From the NCBI RefSeq assembly GCF_001194135.2, contig NC_068986.1:27431202-27466700 (forward strand): DNA of 35,499 nucleotides, in the 5' to 3' direction. The notes below the pieces were generated by a model. The model saw nothing but the letters and a program-made list of their open reading frames with translations. It searched no databases and was not told the DNA's origin. A program made the position numbers and the translations under genes. Below are positions 11,344-22,217 of this stretch, in pieces (within the stretch, counting starts at the first letter, position 1; each line of letters starts with the position of its first letter). Source of the stretch: Octopus bimaculoides (Eukaryota).

Positions 11344-11862
11344 NNNNNNNNNNNNNNNNNNNNNNNNNNNNNNNNNNNNNNNNNNNNNNNNNNNNNNNNN
11401 NNNNNNNNNNNNNNNNNNNNNNNNNNNNNNNNNNNNNNNNNNNNNNNNNNNNNNNNNNNNNNNNNNNNNNNNNNNNNNNNNNNNNNNNNNNNNNNNNNNN
11501 NNNNNNNNNNNNNNNNNNNNNNNNNNNNNNNNNNNNNNNNNNNNNNNNNNNNNNNNNNNNNNNNNNNNNNNNNNNNNNNNNNNNNNNNNNNNNNNNNNNN
11601 NNNNNNNNNNNNNNNNNNNNNNNNNNNNNNNNNNNNNNNNNNNNNNNNNNNNNNNNNNNNNNNNNNNNNNNNNNNNNNNNNNNNNNNNNNNNNNNNNNNN
11701 NNNNNNNNNNNNNNNNNNNNNNNNNNNNNNNNNNNNNNNNNNNNNNNNNNNNNNNNNNNNNNNNNNNNNNNNNNNNNNNNNNNNNNNNNNNNNNNNNNNN
11801 NNNNNNNNNNNNNNNNNNNNNNNNNNNNNNNNNNNNNNNNNNNNNNNNNNNNNNNNNNNNNN
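11344..11862. other. Assembly gap (N)
   Basis: Run of n. Other gaps at 13056-13888, 20768-20777, 29959-30068, 31091-31100 and 34978-35139. Confidence 1.
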
Positions 11863-11931
11863 GAAATGGGTATTAAACAATGACGATGATTTTATCCGTT
11901 ACTTATATATATATATATATATTATCCATTA

Positions 11932-11964
<33 letters not shown>

Positions 11965-11967
<3 letters not shown>

Positions 11968-12123
11968 CGTAGGAGTGGCTGTTTGATAAGTAGCTTGCTT
12001 ACGAACCACATGGTTCCAGGTTCAGTCCCACTGCATGGCACCTTGGGCAAATGTCTTCTACAATAGCCTCGGGCTGACCAAAGCCTTGTGAGTGGATTCG
12101 GTAGACGGAAACTGAAAGAAGCC
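11965..12123 (+). mobile_element. Family-A SINE, 5' half only
   Basis: AGGCGTAGGAGTGGCTG..GGTTCAGTCCCACTG..GGAAACTGAAAGAAGCC. It stops just before the internal microsatellite. Confidence 0.85.
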
Positions 12124-12127
12124 AGCT

Positions 12128-12335
12128 TAATTATTGCTTCTATTATGGGAACAAGACTCAAAGTCTTTGGGGTAGGAGGTTCATCAATTACATTGAACCC
12201 TGGTACTTTATCAACCCTAAAAGGATGAACGGCAGAGTCAACCACAACAGAATTTGAACTCAGATCATAAAGCTGAAAGAAATGCTACTAAGCATTTTGT
12301 CTGGCACAGTAATATCTCTGCCAATGCACCACATT
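12128..12335 (-). mobile_element. Family-B SINE, diverged
   Basis: CAATTACATTGAACCCTGGTACTTTATCAACCCTAAAAGGATGAA..AATTTGAACTCAGA..CTAAGCATTTTG is antisense to the B sequence. Confidence 0.75.
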
Positions 12336-12479
12336 AGACCAGCTTAATAATGGCAGTAATTTTACCAAATTCTTCCATTATTTCCCAAATTAAATGAAAC
12401 AGACGCAGTGTATTTCAACAGAAGTATTGTAGAAGAAGGGCTTAACTACTGAAAAAAACCCTTTCTTGTCTGTTTACAG

Positions 12480-12587
12480 GTTGCACCTATCCCAATGATA
12501 CTAGCACACAGTTAAAATTTACTGAGCTATTTGAGCCAAGTTACTGTGGTTCTGAAATTTTTGAAGATGACAAAAATAAACAAATAA
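12480..12587 (+). CDS. Candidate symmetric (phase 1-1) 108-nt exon, product unknown
   Basis: Acceptor CTTTCTTGTCTGTTTACAG| with a TTAAC branch-like motif about 35 nt upstream; donor ATAA|GTAAAT. Open frame (G)CTYPNDTSTQLKFTELFEPSYCGSEIFEDDKNKQI; the other two frames close after 5 and 11 codons. Not recognised. Confidence 0.3.
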
Positions 12588-12915
12588 GTAAATGAAGAAA
12601 ATAAATGAATGAATGAAACTAAGACAAAATGATGCTGAAAAAAAAATTAGTGCATTCGCCATTATGACTTCAAAGTAAAGAGGAAACTCTGTATGTTGAA
12701 ATTTAATTTCTCTTATTTGTCTACGAGCACTTAGAGAGATGAGGTTGATGTGACATACGTATCTTAGTAAGTTGATTAGTCGTGTTTTTTTTAGACTTGA
12801 TATTGAGGTTAAACTGTCTCCATAAGGCCTTACAACATTACTAATACATCATGTGCTATTAGAAGTGAAGGATATTATTCATTTCATTTTGTTTTGTGTG
12901 TATATTTTCCCACTA

Positions 12916-12946
<31 letters not shown>

Positions 12947-13888
12947 TGTATTTGCATTTCTGTTTGTTTTCTTTTCTTGAAATTCTTTTCGACTGTCTTG
13001 AAGTTATTTACTAGAATCAAAACCTTGTAAAAGTTTTTTGCTGCAATCATTTATTNNNNNNNNNNNNNNNNNNNNNNNNNNNNNNNNNNNNNNNNNNNNN
13101 NNNNNNNNNNNNNNNNNNNNNNNNNNNNNNNNNNNNNNNNNNNNNNNNNNNNNNNNNNNNNNNNNNNNNNNNNNNNNNNNNNNNNNNNNNNNNNNNNNNN
13201 NNNNNNNNNNNNNNNNNNNNNNNNNNNNNNNNNNNNNNNNNNNNNNNNNNNNNNNNNNNNNNNNNNNNNNNNNNNNNNNNNNNNNNNNNNNNNNNNNNNN
13301 NNNNNNNNNNNNNNNNNNNNNNNNNNNNNNNNNNNNNNNNNNNNNNNNNNNNNNNNNNNNNNNNNNNNNNNNNNNNNNNNNNNNNNNNNNNNNNNNNNNN
13401 NNNNNNNNNNNNNNNNNNNNNNNNNNNNNNNNNNNNNNNNNNNNNNNNNNNNNNNNNNNNNNNNNNNNNNNNNNNNNNNNNNNNNNNNNNNNNNNNNNNN
13501 NNNNNNNNNNNNNNNNNNNNNNNNNNNNNNNNNNNNNNNNNNNNNNNNNNNNNNNNNNNNNNNNNNNNNNNNNNNNNNNNNNNNNNNNNNNNNNNNNNNN
13601 NNNNNNNNNNNNNNNNNNNNNNNNNNNNNNNNNNNNNNNNNNNNNNNNNNNNNNNNNNNNNNNNNNNNNNNNNNNNNNNNNNNNNNNNNNNNNNNNNNNN
13701 NNNNNNNNNNNNNNNNNNNNNNNNNNNNNNNNNNNNNNNNNNNNNNNNNNNNNNNNNNNNNNNNNNNNNNNNNNNNNNNNNNNNNNNNNNNNNNNNNNNN
13801 NNNNNNNNNNNNNNNNNNNNNNNNNNNNNNNNNNNNNNNNNNNNNNNNNNNNNNNNNNNNNNNNNNNNNNNNNNNNNNNNNNNNNNNN

Positions 13889-14116
13889 TGTGTGTATGTT
13901 TGTGTGTCTGTTTGTCCCCCCAGCATCGTTTGACATCCGATGCTGGTGTGTTTGCGTCCCCGGTTCAACTAAAAGAGACCGATAAAATAAGTACATGGCT
14001 TACAAAGAATAAGCTTGGGGTCGATTTGCTCGACTATAAAGGCGGTGCTCCAGCTTGGCCACAGTCAAATGACTGAAACAAGTAAAAGAGTAAAAACAAA
14101 AAAGAGTAAAAGAGTT
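13889..14116 (+). mobile_element. Family-A SINE 3' half (any 5' part would lie in the gap)
   Basis: TTTGTCCCCC..CCGATGCTGGTGTGTTT..GGGGTCGATTTGCTCGACTA..CAGTCAAATGACTGAAACAAGTAAAAGAG. Confidence 0.9.
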
Positions 14117-14349
14117 AAAGTCCTGGGCTAACAACAAGCAAATCATTTTGTGGTCACTCTACCTTAAAATAGCAGTAAAATCTATCTCCATCAAAATTAC
14201 ATAATCTTAAAAGAAGAAGTATATATCAGTTAATGTCATCCTGTATCTAGTAACTTGAGGGGAAAAATAATCAGGATGGTCATGATTGGAATGCTTTTGT
14301 CAATGTGTTGATCCATGACTAAACAACCACAGTAATATTCCTAAAGATA

Positions 14350-14966
14350 TAAGAGTTGCCTGAAAAGTTCAAAATAGGCTGACCAAGATACTCTTATGGA
14401 ATGTGACTGAATGGGGTTCACTTTTCCACATAGTCCTCTTTGCGCTTCACACATTTCTTCCATCAGTGTTGCAGTGTTTGAATCCAATTTGTGAAGAAGC
14501 CTTCATCCTATTGATCAAAAAAGTCATCAACAGCAGTTATGATGTCATCATCACTGCAATGCTGGTTCCCAACCGAGTGTTTTTTTCATGTTGGGGAACA
14601 GATGATATAGTCAGATGGGAGACAAATCAAGAGAATAGGGACAGTAATCAGCAAGTTCAAGGCCACAGTTGGACACAGCAGCCATTAACCCATTAGCATT
14701 TAAACCGGCCATATCCAGCCATAAGTATTCTGCCTATTCTATGTTCAAACTGGCCAGGTCTGGTCTCTCACACCAACCCTACAATATCGTTTTAATAGTT
14801 AACAGCTACCTCATCAAAATCTCATAGCTACGAGATAATGCTTGATTAGTTCAAAATAATGTGGATAAAAAAGCATTAATTATGGCAGAATAATGTGAAC
14901 ACTAAAGGGTTAAAAGCAAGGACTTGTGTGCTGGAGCATTGTCCATGTGAAACAAGACCCCTTTTG
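14350..14966 (-). mobile_element. Mariner (DD34D) transposon remnant: transposase C-terminal third plus one terminal end, split by a MITE
   Basis: Minus-strand translation: KGVLFHMDNAPAHKSLLL|MAAVSNCGLELADYCPYSLDLSP(S)D(Y)HLFPNMKK..DDDIITAVDDFFDQ*DEGFFTNWIQTLQH*WKKCVKRKEDYVEK* (stop at 14418-14420), with frameshifts. This has the mariner motifs HxDNAPxH, YSPDLAPSD and WxKCV. A TA-flanked TIR-like end TAAGAGTTGCCTGAAAAGTTC sits at 14350. Confidence 0.9.
14689..14909. mobile_element. Non-autonomous piggyBac-type element (MITE), 221 bp
   Basis: Flanked by TTAA (14685-14688 and 14910-14913). Imperfect TIRs CCCATTAGCATT / AACACTAAAGGG (9 of 12 match, CCC..GGG ends). Removing it rejoins the mariner frame. 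Confidence 0.85.
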
Positions 14967-15257
14967 TAGCACCAACAATAACAATGACAACAACACTAGC
15001 CACATACAACACCATTGTACCATTTTTCATGTCCCTTCTACCCTCTCACCCCATATCAGCTGTCCTCTTGATTGTGACCAAGTTGGCAACAGCCATGAGC
15101 ACCATTTAAAGTTTCATTTGAAAGAAATATCTGTTAGTTAATGATATGTGATATTGAGCTCTGTAGATGGTGTTGCTCTCCTAAATTCTTGCTATTTTCA
15201 GTATATTTCTTGTCTTCATATCTCTGGTGTAACTTTTGATCCCCCCCCACTTCCCTC

Positions 15258-15259
<2 letters not shown>

Positions 15260-15301
<42 letters not shown>

Positions 15302-15308
15302 CTCTCTC

Positions 15309-15351
<43 letters not shown>

Positions 15352-15362
15352 CTATCTATCTA
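15260..15362. repeat. (CT)n/(CTAT)n microsatellite
   Basis: Direct reading of the sequence. Confidence 0.95.
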
Positions 15363-16243
15363 TCTTTTGTTAGAGACTCTGAAAACGTGATGAAGAATTT
15401 GTATAGATATTATTAAGTATTGCAATGTTTTCATATTTACAACTCAGCATAGCGCCGACCTAGTGCTACTTTTATTGCTATGATTCATGGGACTGTTGAA
15501 CAGTTTTTCCTTTAAAAGTCTTCTACTTCTATAACACATTCGACATTCTTCTGATATCCTATTGTGCATGTTGAAATGGTTGCATCATAGTAAATAATAT
15601 ATAGCCACTGACTGCTGTGGAGAAGTGCATTCTTGTGTGTGTGCGAGACAGAAGGAGAACAATTTTGTGTGCAAATGCGCATTTAAAATTGTGTGTTTCT
15701 CTCTAATGTAATGGACTAAATAGCCTTCAATCACATTTTTCATATTATTGCAGCATATAGATTTTTTTTTTCATATAGAAAACACATACACACACACAGA
15801 TATGTGTATAATTATATATGAGGACTGATAATCCTTTTTTTTTCTTTCTTCCTTTTATTGTACATTTATCACAAAGAGAGGGAATCTATATCTAAAGAAG
15901 TGAATGATGAGTTTTGTTGAATGAAAAAAGTATCTTAAGCCTAATGATGGAGAAGATAAGGGCAGCTGTTACATGTGGTGGAGGAGTATTTAGTATGAGA
16001 TGATGGGTTCCAGTTAAAATTAATAGTTTAGAGAAGAACATAAGATAGAAATGTGAAGACAGGCTGCTGTGCAAACCAGGTTAACTTCCTACCAACTTAA
16101 ACATTAATTTGACAATGATACTGTCAATAATGATGATGATGATTATGGTGATAATGTTTCAAACATTACAAGAGGTATTTTAAGCTTTTGTTAATGCACA
16201 CAAGCATTTGTTCTTGATACTGTATCCTTTGTTTGCATCACAG

Positions 16244-16320
16244 GTGATCTAGTCTTTTATATGCAGTTGCCCACGGTTTGGCATAATCCTAATTATGGTC
16301 ACAAGTGGACAGACACATAG
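16244..16320 (+). CDS. Candidate terminal exon (phase 1), product unknown
   Basis: Acceptor CCTTTGTTTGCATCACAG|. Only the phase-1 frame is open: (G)DLVFYMQLPTVWHNPNYGHKWTDT*, which contains an NPxY. Lies in non-repetitive sequence. Confidence 0.2.
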
Positions 16321-18385
16321 CACTCACAGTTCCACGTGGTAAACGGCATTTTGGCAGAATAGACTCAAATGACAACAATAACTTTGTCACAGTGTTGTTC
16401 TGGAAACAAGTGATTTGATGGGAGAAGTTAAGAGTGTACTGCAGCAGAATGTACAAAGTTATATAACATTTGATGACAGATCTGTAGAGAATGGTGATAG
16501 AAATTCTGGAATTGAGTTTGGCTTGAGTGGAAAGTTCTGTTGCAATTAGCTGCAACCACTCCTGAACTGAAGCTGTTCGCTGAATACAGCTAAAGCTCTT
16601 CAGTTCCTTCATTTTTCTCTGTCCCTCTCTTCCTTTGCCCTCTTCTCTTTCTCTCTCTCTCTCTCTCTCCTTTTAAAGAATAAAATTAAAAAAACAGTTA
16701 AAGAGGGTCATATGTCTGTATTTTGTGTGTCAAAAGTAATGTCACAAAGAATAAACTTTACACTGGTTGACTGTCTCTGATGCCAGAAACACAACTGTAT
16801 AAGGTATGGCTACAAATGTTACTACACCTGAGATAGTCTGAAATGTTTCCTCTGGCTACCTACAAAAGTGGTTTATAACTAATCTTTTTAATTTAGTAAT
16901 GTGATTTGGTATTTGTGGAAATGATTTGGTCTAGTATTTTAGTGAAACGAATTTGATTTAGTATTTGTAAGACAGCACTTAGTCATTTAAAAACGTTTTT
17001 TCTTTAAGAGAGCATAAAATTGTTGAGGTTTCAAGAACTACTCAAGTATATACCACAACAGAGTAATGGTTGGGAAGTGTGTGTGCGTGCATGTGTGTGT
17101 GTGTGTATGTGCATTCGTATGTCTCAAATGATGGATTAAGCTAGCTCTCTTTCTCCAAAAAACACCACCACCAGTTCTCTGCTTACTTACTGAAGCTTGC
17201 TTCCACATACTTATAAATTAGATTGTGTGTGTATGTGTGTGTGTGTGTGTGTGAAAGGGAGAGAGAGAGAGAGAGAGAGAGAGAGCATGAGAATAAAAGA
17301 GGGTAGATTAGAATAATTTTATACAAAATACATCTTGATTTAAACTTTTATTTTTATGACTTCAATATTCTCAAAAATTTATTTTTCCATTTACCATTTA
17401 AATTACCCATTCCATTCTGTGTAATATATGTTTCTAAATCTATTTTTTAGATTTTTAATTTTGACTTATTTTATTAAGTTAGCAAATGTAGTCAGTAAAT
17501 GAAACATTATCATGCATTATGTTATACCTTCTCTTTCTCTTCAAGTCTATAGTGTGAATATTCATCTATTTTTCTCTCCCCATCACACACACTCACACAC
17601 ACCTTTATGCTACTTTTTCTTTATGAATATAATTCCTTTGGGATGAAACCAATCTGAATTAATTTTCACTTGATTAGTTTGAGCATGTGATTTGAATAAT
17701 CTGTGATTGATTTCGTTCAAATTAGCAAGTATTTCACTCTAAATTTCTTACCAAACATGACCATTATTCATGCTTTTAGCATTTAAAAATGGCAATTAGT
17801 CATCAAATTATTGAAAGTGGGGAAGGGATGTTATGAAATCTATAATAATAATAATAATAATAACAAATAGTAATAATAATAAAAAATACTAATAATATAA
17901 TGATGATGATTTCTTTTTTAATATTGATACATTGACGATGATGATGATGATGAGAAAACAAGAAAATCTGTTAGGCTGTGCAATCATAAATTTTAATCTT
18001 TCCTTCGTGAGTAAAAATCAATAGAATTTATGCTGACATCTTTCAAATCAATGTGTGCCATTTTGTATGCATACATATTTCTGCAAATGTTTTCATTTAT
18101 TTCGTATGTGATTTTGAAAAAAAAATTTCTTCCTACAACAGGATGATTTCTCCTGCCACACCCCACCCATTTACTCATTCAGCAGAAAAGAAAAGAAAAA
18201 ATAACAGAACAAAATACAAAAAACAACCTTCATGGACACTCACTCATTCCTCAGACATGGCAGTACGCAAAAAGTAATTATTAAAATAAAATAAAATAAA
18301 ATAAACAAACCGAAAGTATATTCTAAAGGAGAACCTAATAAATAAATAAATAAATGAAACTATTTTATGACAATGACAACATGTG

Positions 18386-18399
18386 CAGTAGTAGTAGTA

Positions 18400-18436
<37 letters not shown>
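18386..18436. repeat. (AGT)n(AAT)n microsatellite
   Basis: Direct reading of the sequence. Confidence 0.9.
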
Positions 18437-18437
<1 letters not shown>

Positions 18438-18930
18438 CTGACCAGTAACAATAATGTCGGTAACAACAATGCCAGTGTCTTCTTAATGGTATTCCCTTCA
18501 TGGAGTAGATTAACTTGAGTAACAGCTTAATTGCTTAATTTCAAGAATGTTAAGTGATAGCTTAAGGTTTTTGTATTTTTTTCTTTTCTTTTCATCTTCT
18601 TTCTTTCTTTCTCCCCCCCCCCCCCACCTTAATCAAAAATACTCATTGAAATCAGAAAGACTTGATTATTTTCTGAAAGTCACTACACTAAACAGGAATC
18701 AATGGTTGAAAGATTGTTAATAACTTCTAATCATGCAATTATGTTTTTACTACTCCTATATTATTATTATTATCATCATCATTATTATTATTATTTTTCA
18801 TAAGCTAATCAGTGATATACTTTATTTGCCAATATAGTTATTGTTGCTCTTGTTTAATTTTTCACACACTTATATCATTACTTTTCTATAATGAGAATAT
18901 TGCAGGATAGCTTGTTATGGCCTCCTTATA

Positions 18931-19421
18931 CTTTTAGTCATTTGACTGTGGCCATGTTGCAGCACCGCCTTTAGTCAAGCAATTCAACCCTAGGACTTAT
19001 TCTTTGTAAACCTAGTACTTATTCTATTAGTCACTTTTGTCGGACTGCTAAGTTATGGGGATGTAAACGCACCAGCATCGGATGTCAAGCGATGTTGGGG
19101 GGAGACAAACATTTGCACACACATATATATATATATACATATATATACGACAGGCTTCTTTCAGTTTCCGTCTACCAAATCCATTCACAAGGCTTTGGTC
19201 GGACCGAGGCTATAGTAGAAGACACTTGCCCTACTTATTCTACCAGTCTCTTTTGTTGAACTGTTAAGTTACATGGAAATAAACACACCAACACCAGTTG
19301 TCAAGTGGTGGGGGGGGGGACAAACATAGATAAACATATAAATAGGATGCTTATCAAATCCACTCACAAAGCTTTGGCCACAGTCAAATGACTGAAACAA
19401 GTAAAAGAGTAAAATAGTAAA
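18931..19421. mobile_element. Composite of three family-A SINE pieces: 18931-19231 (-), 19232-19376 (-), 19377-19421 (+)
   Basis: The first piece ends at GACACTTGCCC. The second restarts at TACTTATTCTACCAGTCTCTTTTG, an internal position of the same element. The third is the sense tail GCCACAGTCAAATGACTGAAACAAGTAAAAGAG. Confidence 0.8.
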
Positions 19422-20092
19422 TCTTCAGATTTGACCATGGAGGTAGGTCTATGATTGCCAATACTTGTAGACCTGGCACATAAAGCGGTGGAGAAATACT
19501 TGCTTAAGTGTTTGGTGTATAGTGGCATATTTCTTATGTTTTGGTTGATATGCATACTCAAAAATGGAGATAGCATCTGTTCACTGCCCAACATGCATCC
19601 ACATGCACACATTCCTCTGGCCCCCACCTCTCCATAGTGTCAAATTAACTAATTCAATAAATGAGTCTCTTCAAAAACATTTTAAATATCAACTAACTAG
19701 ATAGTGTTTAACGGGGAATGATGGAATGAAAGGGGAAAAAGCAAGAGAAGGGGAAAAAGAACAAATTAGTGAATTAATGAGATCCAAACTATATTTCTCT
19801 AGCAGAACTTGGACCTGTCTTTGTTTGATTCTAGGATGTTATAGCCTTTCACTTTATTTGCTATTTCCTTTAATTCTTTCTTGTACACACGTTTATGTGT
19901 GTGCATGTGTGTGTGTGCTCAAGTATGTACACAGTGTTCCTTAAGCATATCATAGGGTTTCTTTTTCATGTTTATATCATAAGTGCATTTATGTGTGTAA
20001 GGCATGCACACACACACACACACATGTACAGAGTATTTTTAGCCAGTGGACTACTGGTTACAAGATCATGGGTTCAAACACCATTATTCTAA

Positions 20093-20095
<3 letters not shown>

Positions 20096-20126
<31 letters not shown>

Positions 20127-20149
20127 CACACACATGCACACACATGCAC

Positions 20150-20181
<32 letters not shown>
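20096..20181. repeat. (TG)n immediately followed by interrupted (CA)n (fold-back microsatellite)
   Basis: Direct reading of the sequence. Confidence 0.9.
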
Positions 20182-20182
<1 letters not shown>

Positions 20183-20777
20183 GATTTGGAATGTGTAACT
20201 CCACTATTTCTCATTCATCTACTATACCCATTCAAATTTTTCTCTGCTGTTTGTGTATGCGTGCTTAATATATCTTGCTCAACTACACAATATTTTCCTT
20301 ACTTTGATGTATATATATACATGTGTGTGTGTGGAGAGAGAGAAAGAGAGAGAGAGTTAGAAAGAGAGAGAGAGTTAGAAAGAGAGAGAGAGAAAGGGTA
20401 AAAGGTCCTGATACATCACTTGTGTGTTCATTGATTTTCTGTAAAGTTGTCATTATTTTTTATGAATATCTCTGTGAGGGATGTTATTAATAATTTGATG
20501 TCTCATGGTAGGTCTTAACCTTAATCTCCTCAATAGAAGTCACATTTTCTAAAGGGGGTCTGCTATCATGACATACTAATTTCCCAGAAATATGTGTGAC
20601 ATTATTGATAAGTTGAACTATTTTTTTATTTTGTTATTTTTTTTCCAATCAATAGTAGGTAAAACACTTAACTCTTTCTACTTCAAAAAGAAAACAAAAA
20701 TAATCATACAACTGGCTATTTAGCTGCTGCTCTATTCCATAGAGACCGTTGTGTGTGTGTGTGTGTGNNNNNNNNNN

Positions 20778-20822
<45 letters not shown>

Positions 20823-21669
20823 CAGAGTGAGTGAGTATCTGCATATAGTTCAGGTTCAAAAAGGTTTAGCAGGTGGCTTGGAGCAATAGCCATTGTTATA
20901 TTTGTGTTGCATATGTTTTCAGATCAGATCAGATCAGATCAGATCAACTAAATTTCGATTGGTTGAGAATGGAGAATGCATTGAGGTTTTTAGCTCATAA
21001 TTTTTATGTTGTGTCCACCACTCTGTCAACACACCTGCATGCAGTATATTTCTTTCTCTCTTAAAATTCCATCATTTCCATTATGTAACTTGGCCTGGGA
21101 GTTCATTTTTAGCTCCAGAAACATAGTACAGTGTAGTATGGCACTAGATGTAAAAAAAAAAACAAAAGAAAAAGAAAAAAATGAAGAGGCTAATAAATTA
21201 TGTAGAATAATTTGAATTTTCAAGAATAGTTTGTTAATTAAAATCATGACCATGTGAATAGTGAGTATTAAGAGCACTTTTATCAAGAGCAATTCTTTTC
21301 TGAATCTGTTATTTAATGATTGTGGAGCTTGGTGCATCTGGTCAGTGTCATCACCAGCAGCAGTGGCAATTTTTTTTATACTTGCTTTCCATATTTTTTC
21401 ATTTTTGTTTTGCACGTGTTTTTTTCATCCCAAAATGAAGAAAATAGTATGCAAGCAAATTATTAGTATAAACAACTCAGTTTGGAAAAATACGCATGGT
21501 TACTAATTGCTGTGAACCCAGTTTAGCCAATAACAAAAAGTGGAGGGGAGACACATACTTAGGTCTAAAATTCATTAATTACCTTAAAATGGACAATGCT
21601 GGAATAATAATAGTTGTGTGTAGAAATAGAAATCCCAATAATTAAAAGTTCTAGGTTCAGTTCTCAGAC

Positions 21670-21806
21670 CTAGCTCAGAGATTCAGTACGCCTAACTTCA
21701 CATCTGCCATGCTGTTCCCCCATGACTTCACTGTAACCAGGCCAATATGATTGTACCGAGCCAACATGATTGACTGCAACTCTTTTAAAAGTGATGCCAC
21801 AATCAA
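21670..21806 (-). CDS. Candidate minus-strand exon, product unknown
   Basis: Long pyrimidine acceptor CATTTTCTCTTCCTTTTCTTGGCTTCAG|. Two frames stay open for 43-45 codons (LIVASLLKELQSIMLARYNH.. and DCGITFKRVAVNHVGSVQSY..). No homology recognised. Confidence 0.15.
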
Positions 21807-21950
21807 CTGAAGCCAAGAAAAGGAAGAGAAAATGGGTTTGTGTGTATGTGTAAGTACTTGTGGATGTGAGTAAGTAGTCAACCACACATACACACTTACA
21901 TGCATCTACATGTATTTTATCAATAACTATAAACATATATATATATATAT

Positions 21951-22131
21951 ATTCGCCATGATAGATCGCTGACCACTACATTTATATTTTTTTCTCCTTG
22001 TTTCTCTCTGTGTTCCTTTCAGTTGAAGAGCGTAGGCTCGAAACGTCAAAGACTTTCTCTATTCCCGAGCGTTAAACTAATACACCCATTTGTTGTTTAT
22101 ACCATCTGTCTTGTTTTTTTCGTAAATTCTC

Positions 22132-22133
<2 letters not shown>
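21951..22133 (+). mobile_element. Hammerhead-containing repeat fragment between (TA)n tracts, possibly Penelope-like-element derived
   Basis: Contains the hammerhead-like fold at 22016-22051 and is bounded on both sides by (TA)n. The PLE assignment is inferred from the known association of minimal hammerheads with Penelope-like elements; no RT or GIY-YIG coding sequence is seen. Confidence 0.45.
22016..22051 (+). ncRNA. Minimal type-I hammerhead ribozyme-like motif with a variant core
   Basis: CUUU (stem I) - CAGUUGA-A (core; canonical CUGANGA plus an extra A) - GAGC/GUAG/GCUC (stem II) - GAAA - CGUC (loopless palindromic stem III ACGU, GUC cleavage triplet) - AAAG (stem I partner). Core deviations: U4 to A and A6 to U. 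Confidence 0.55.

Positions 22134-22217
<84 letters not shown>
22134..22217. repeat. (TA)n(ATT)n compound microsatellite
   Basis: Direct reading of the sequence. Confidence 0.95.

Noticed and set aside
11230-13996. Long ORFs (179-330 aa) in the ORF track; also 34739-35284
   Set aside because: They run through N-gaps (poly-X); artefacts.
21026-21415. 129-aa minus ORF
   Set aside because: Runs through poly-A/T tracts, low-complexity I/L/F/K composition, no splice or homology support.
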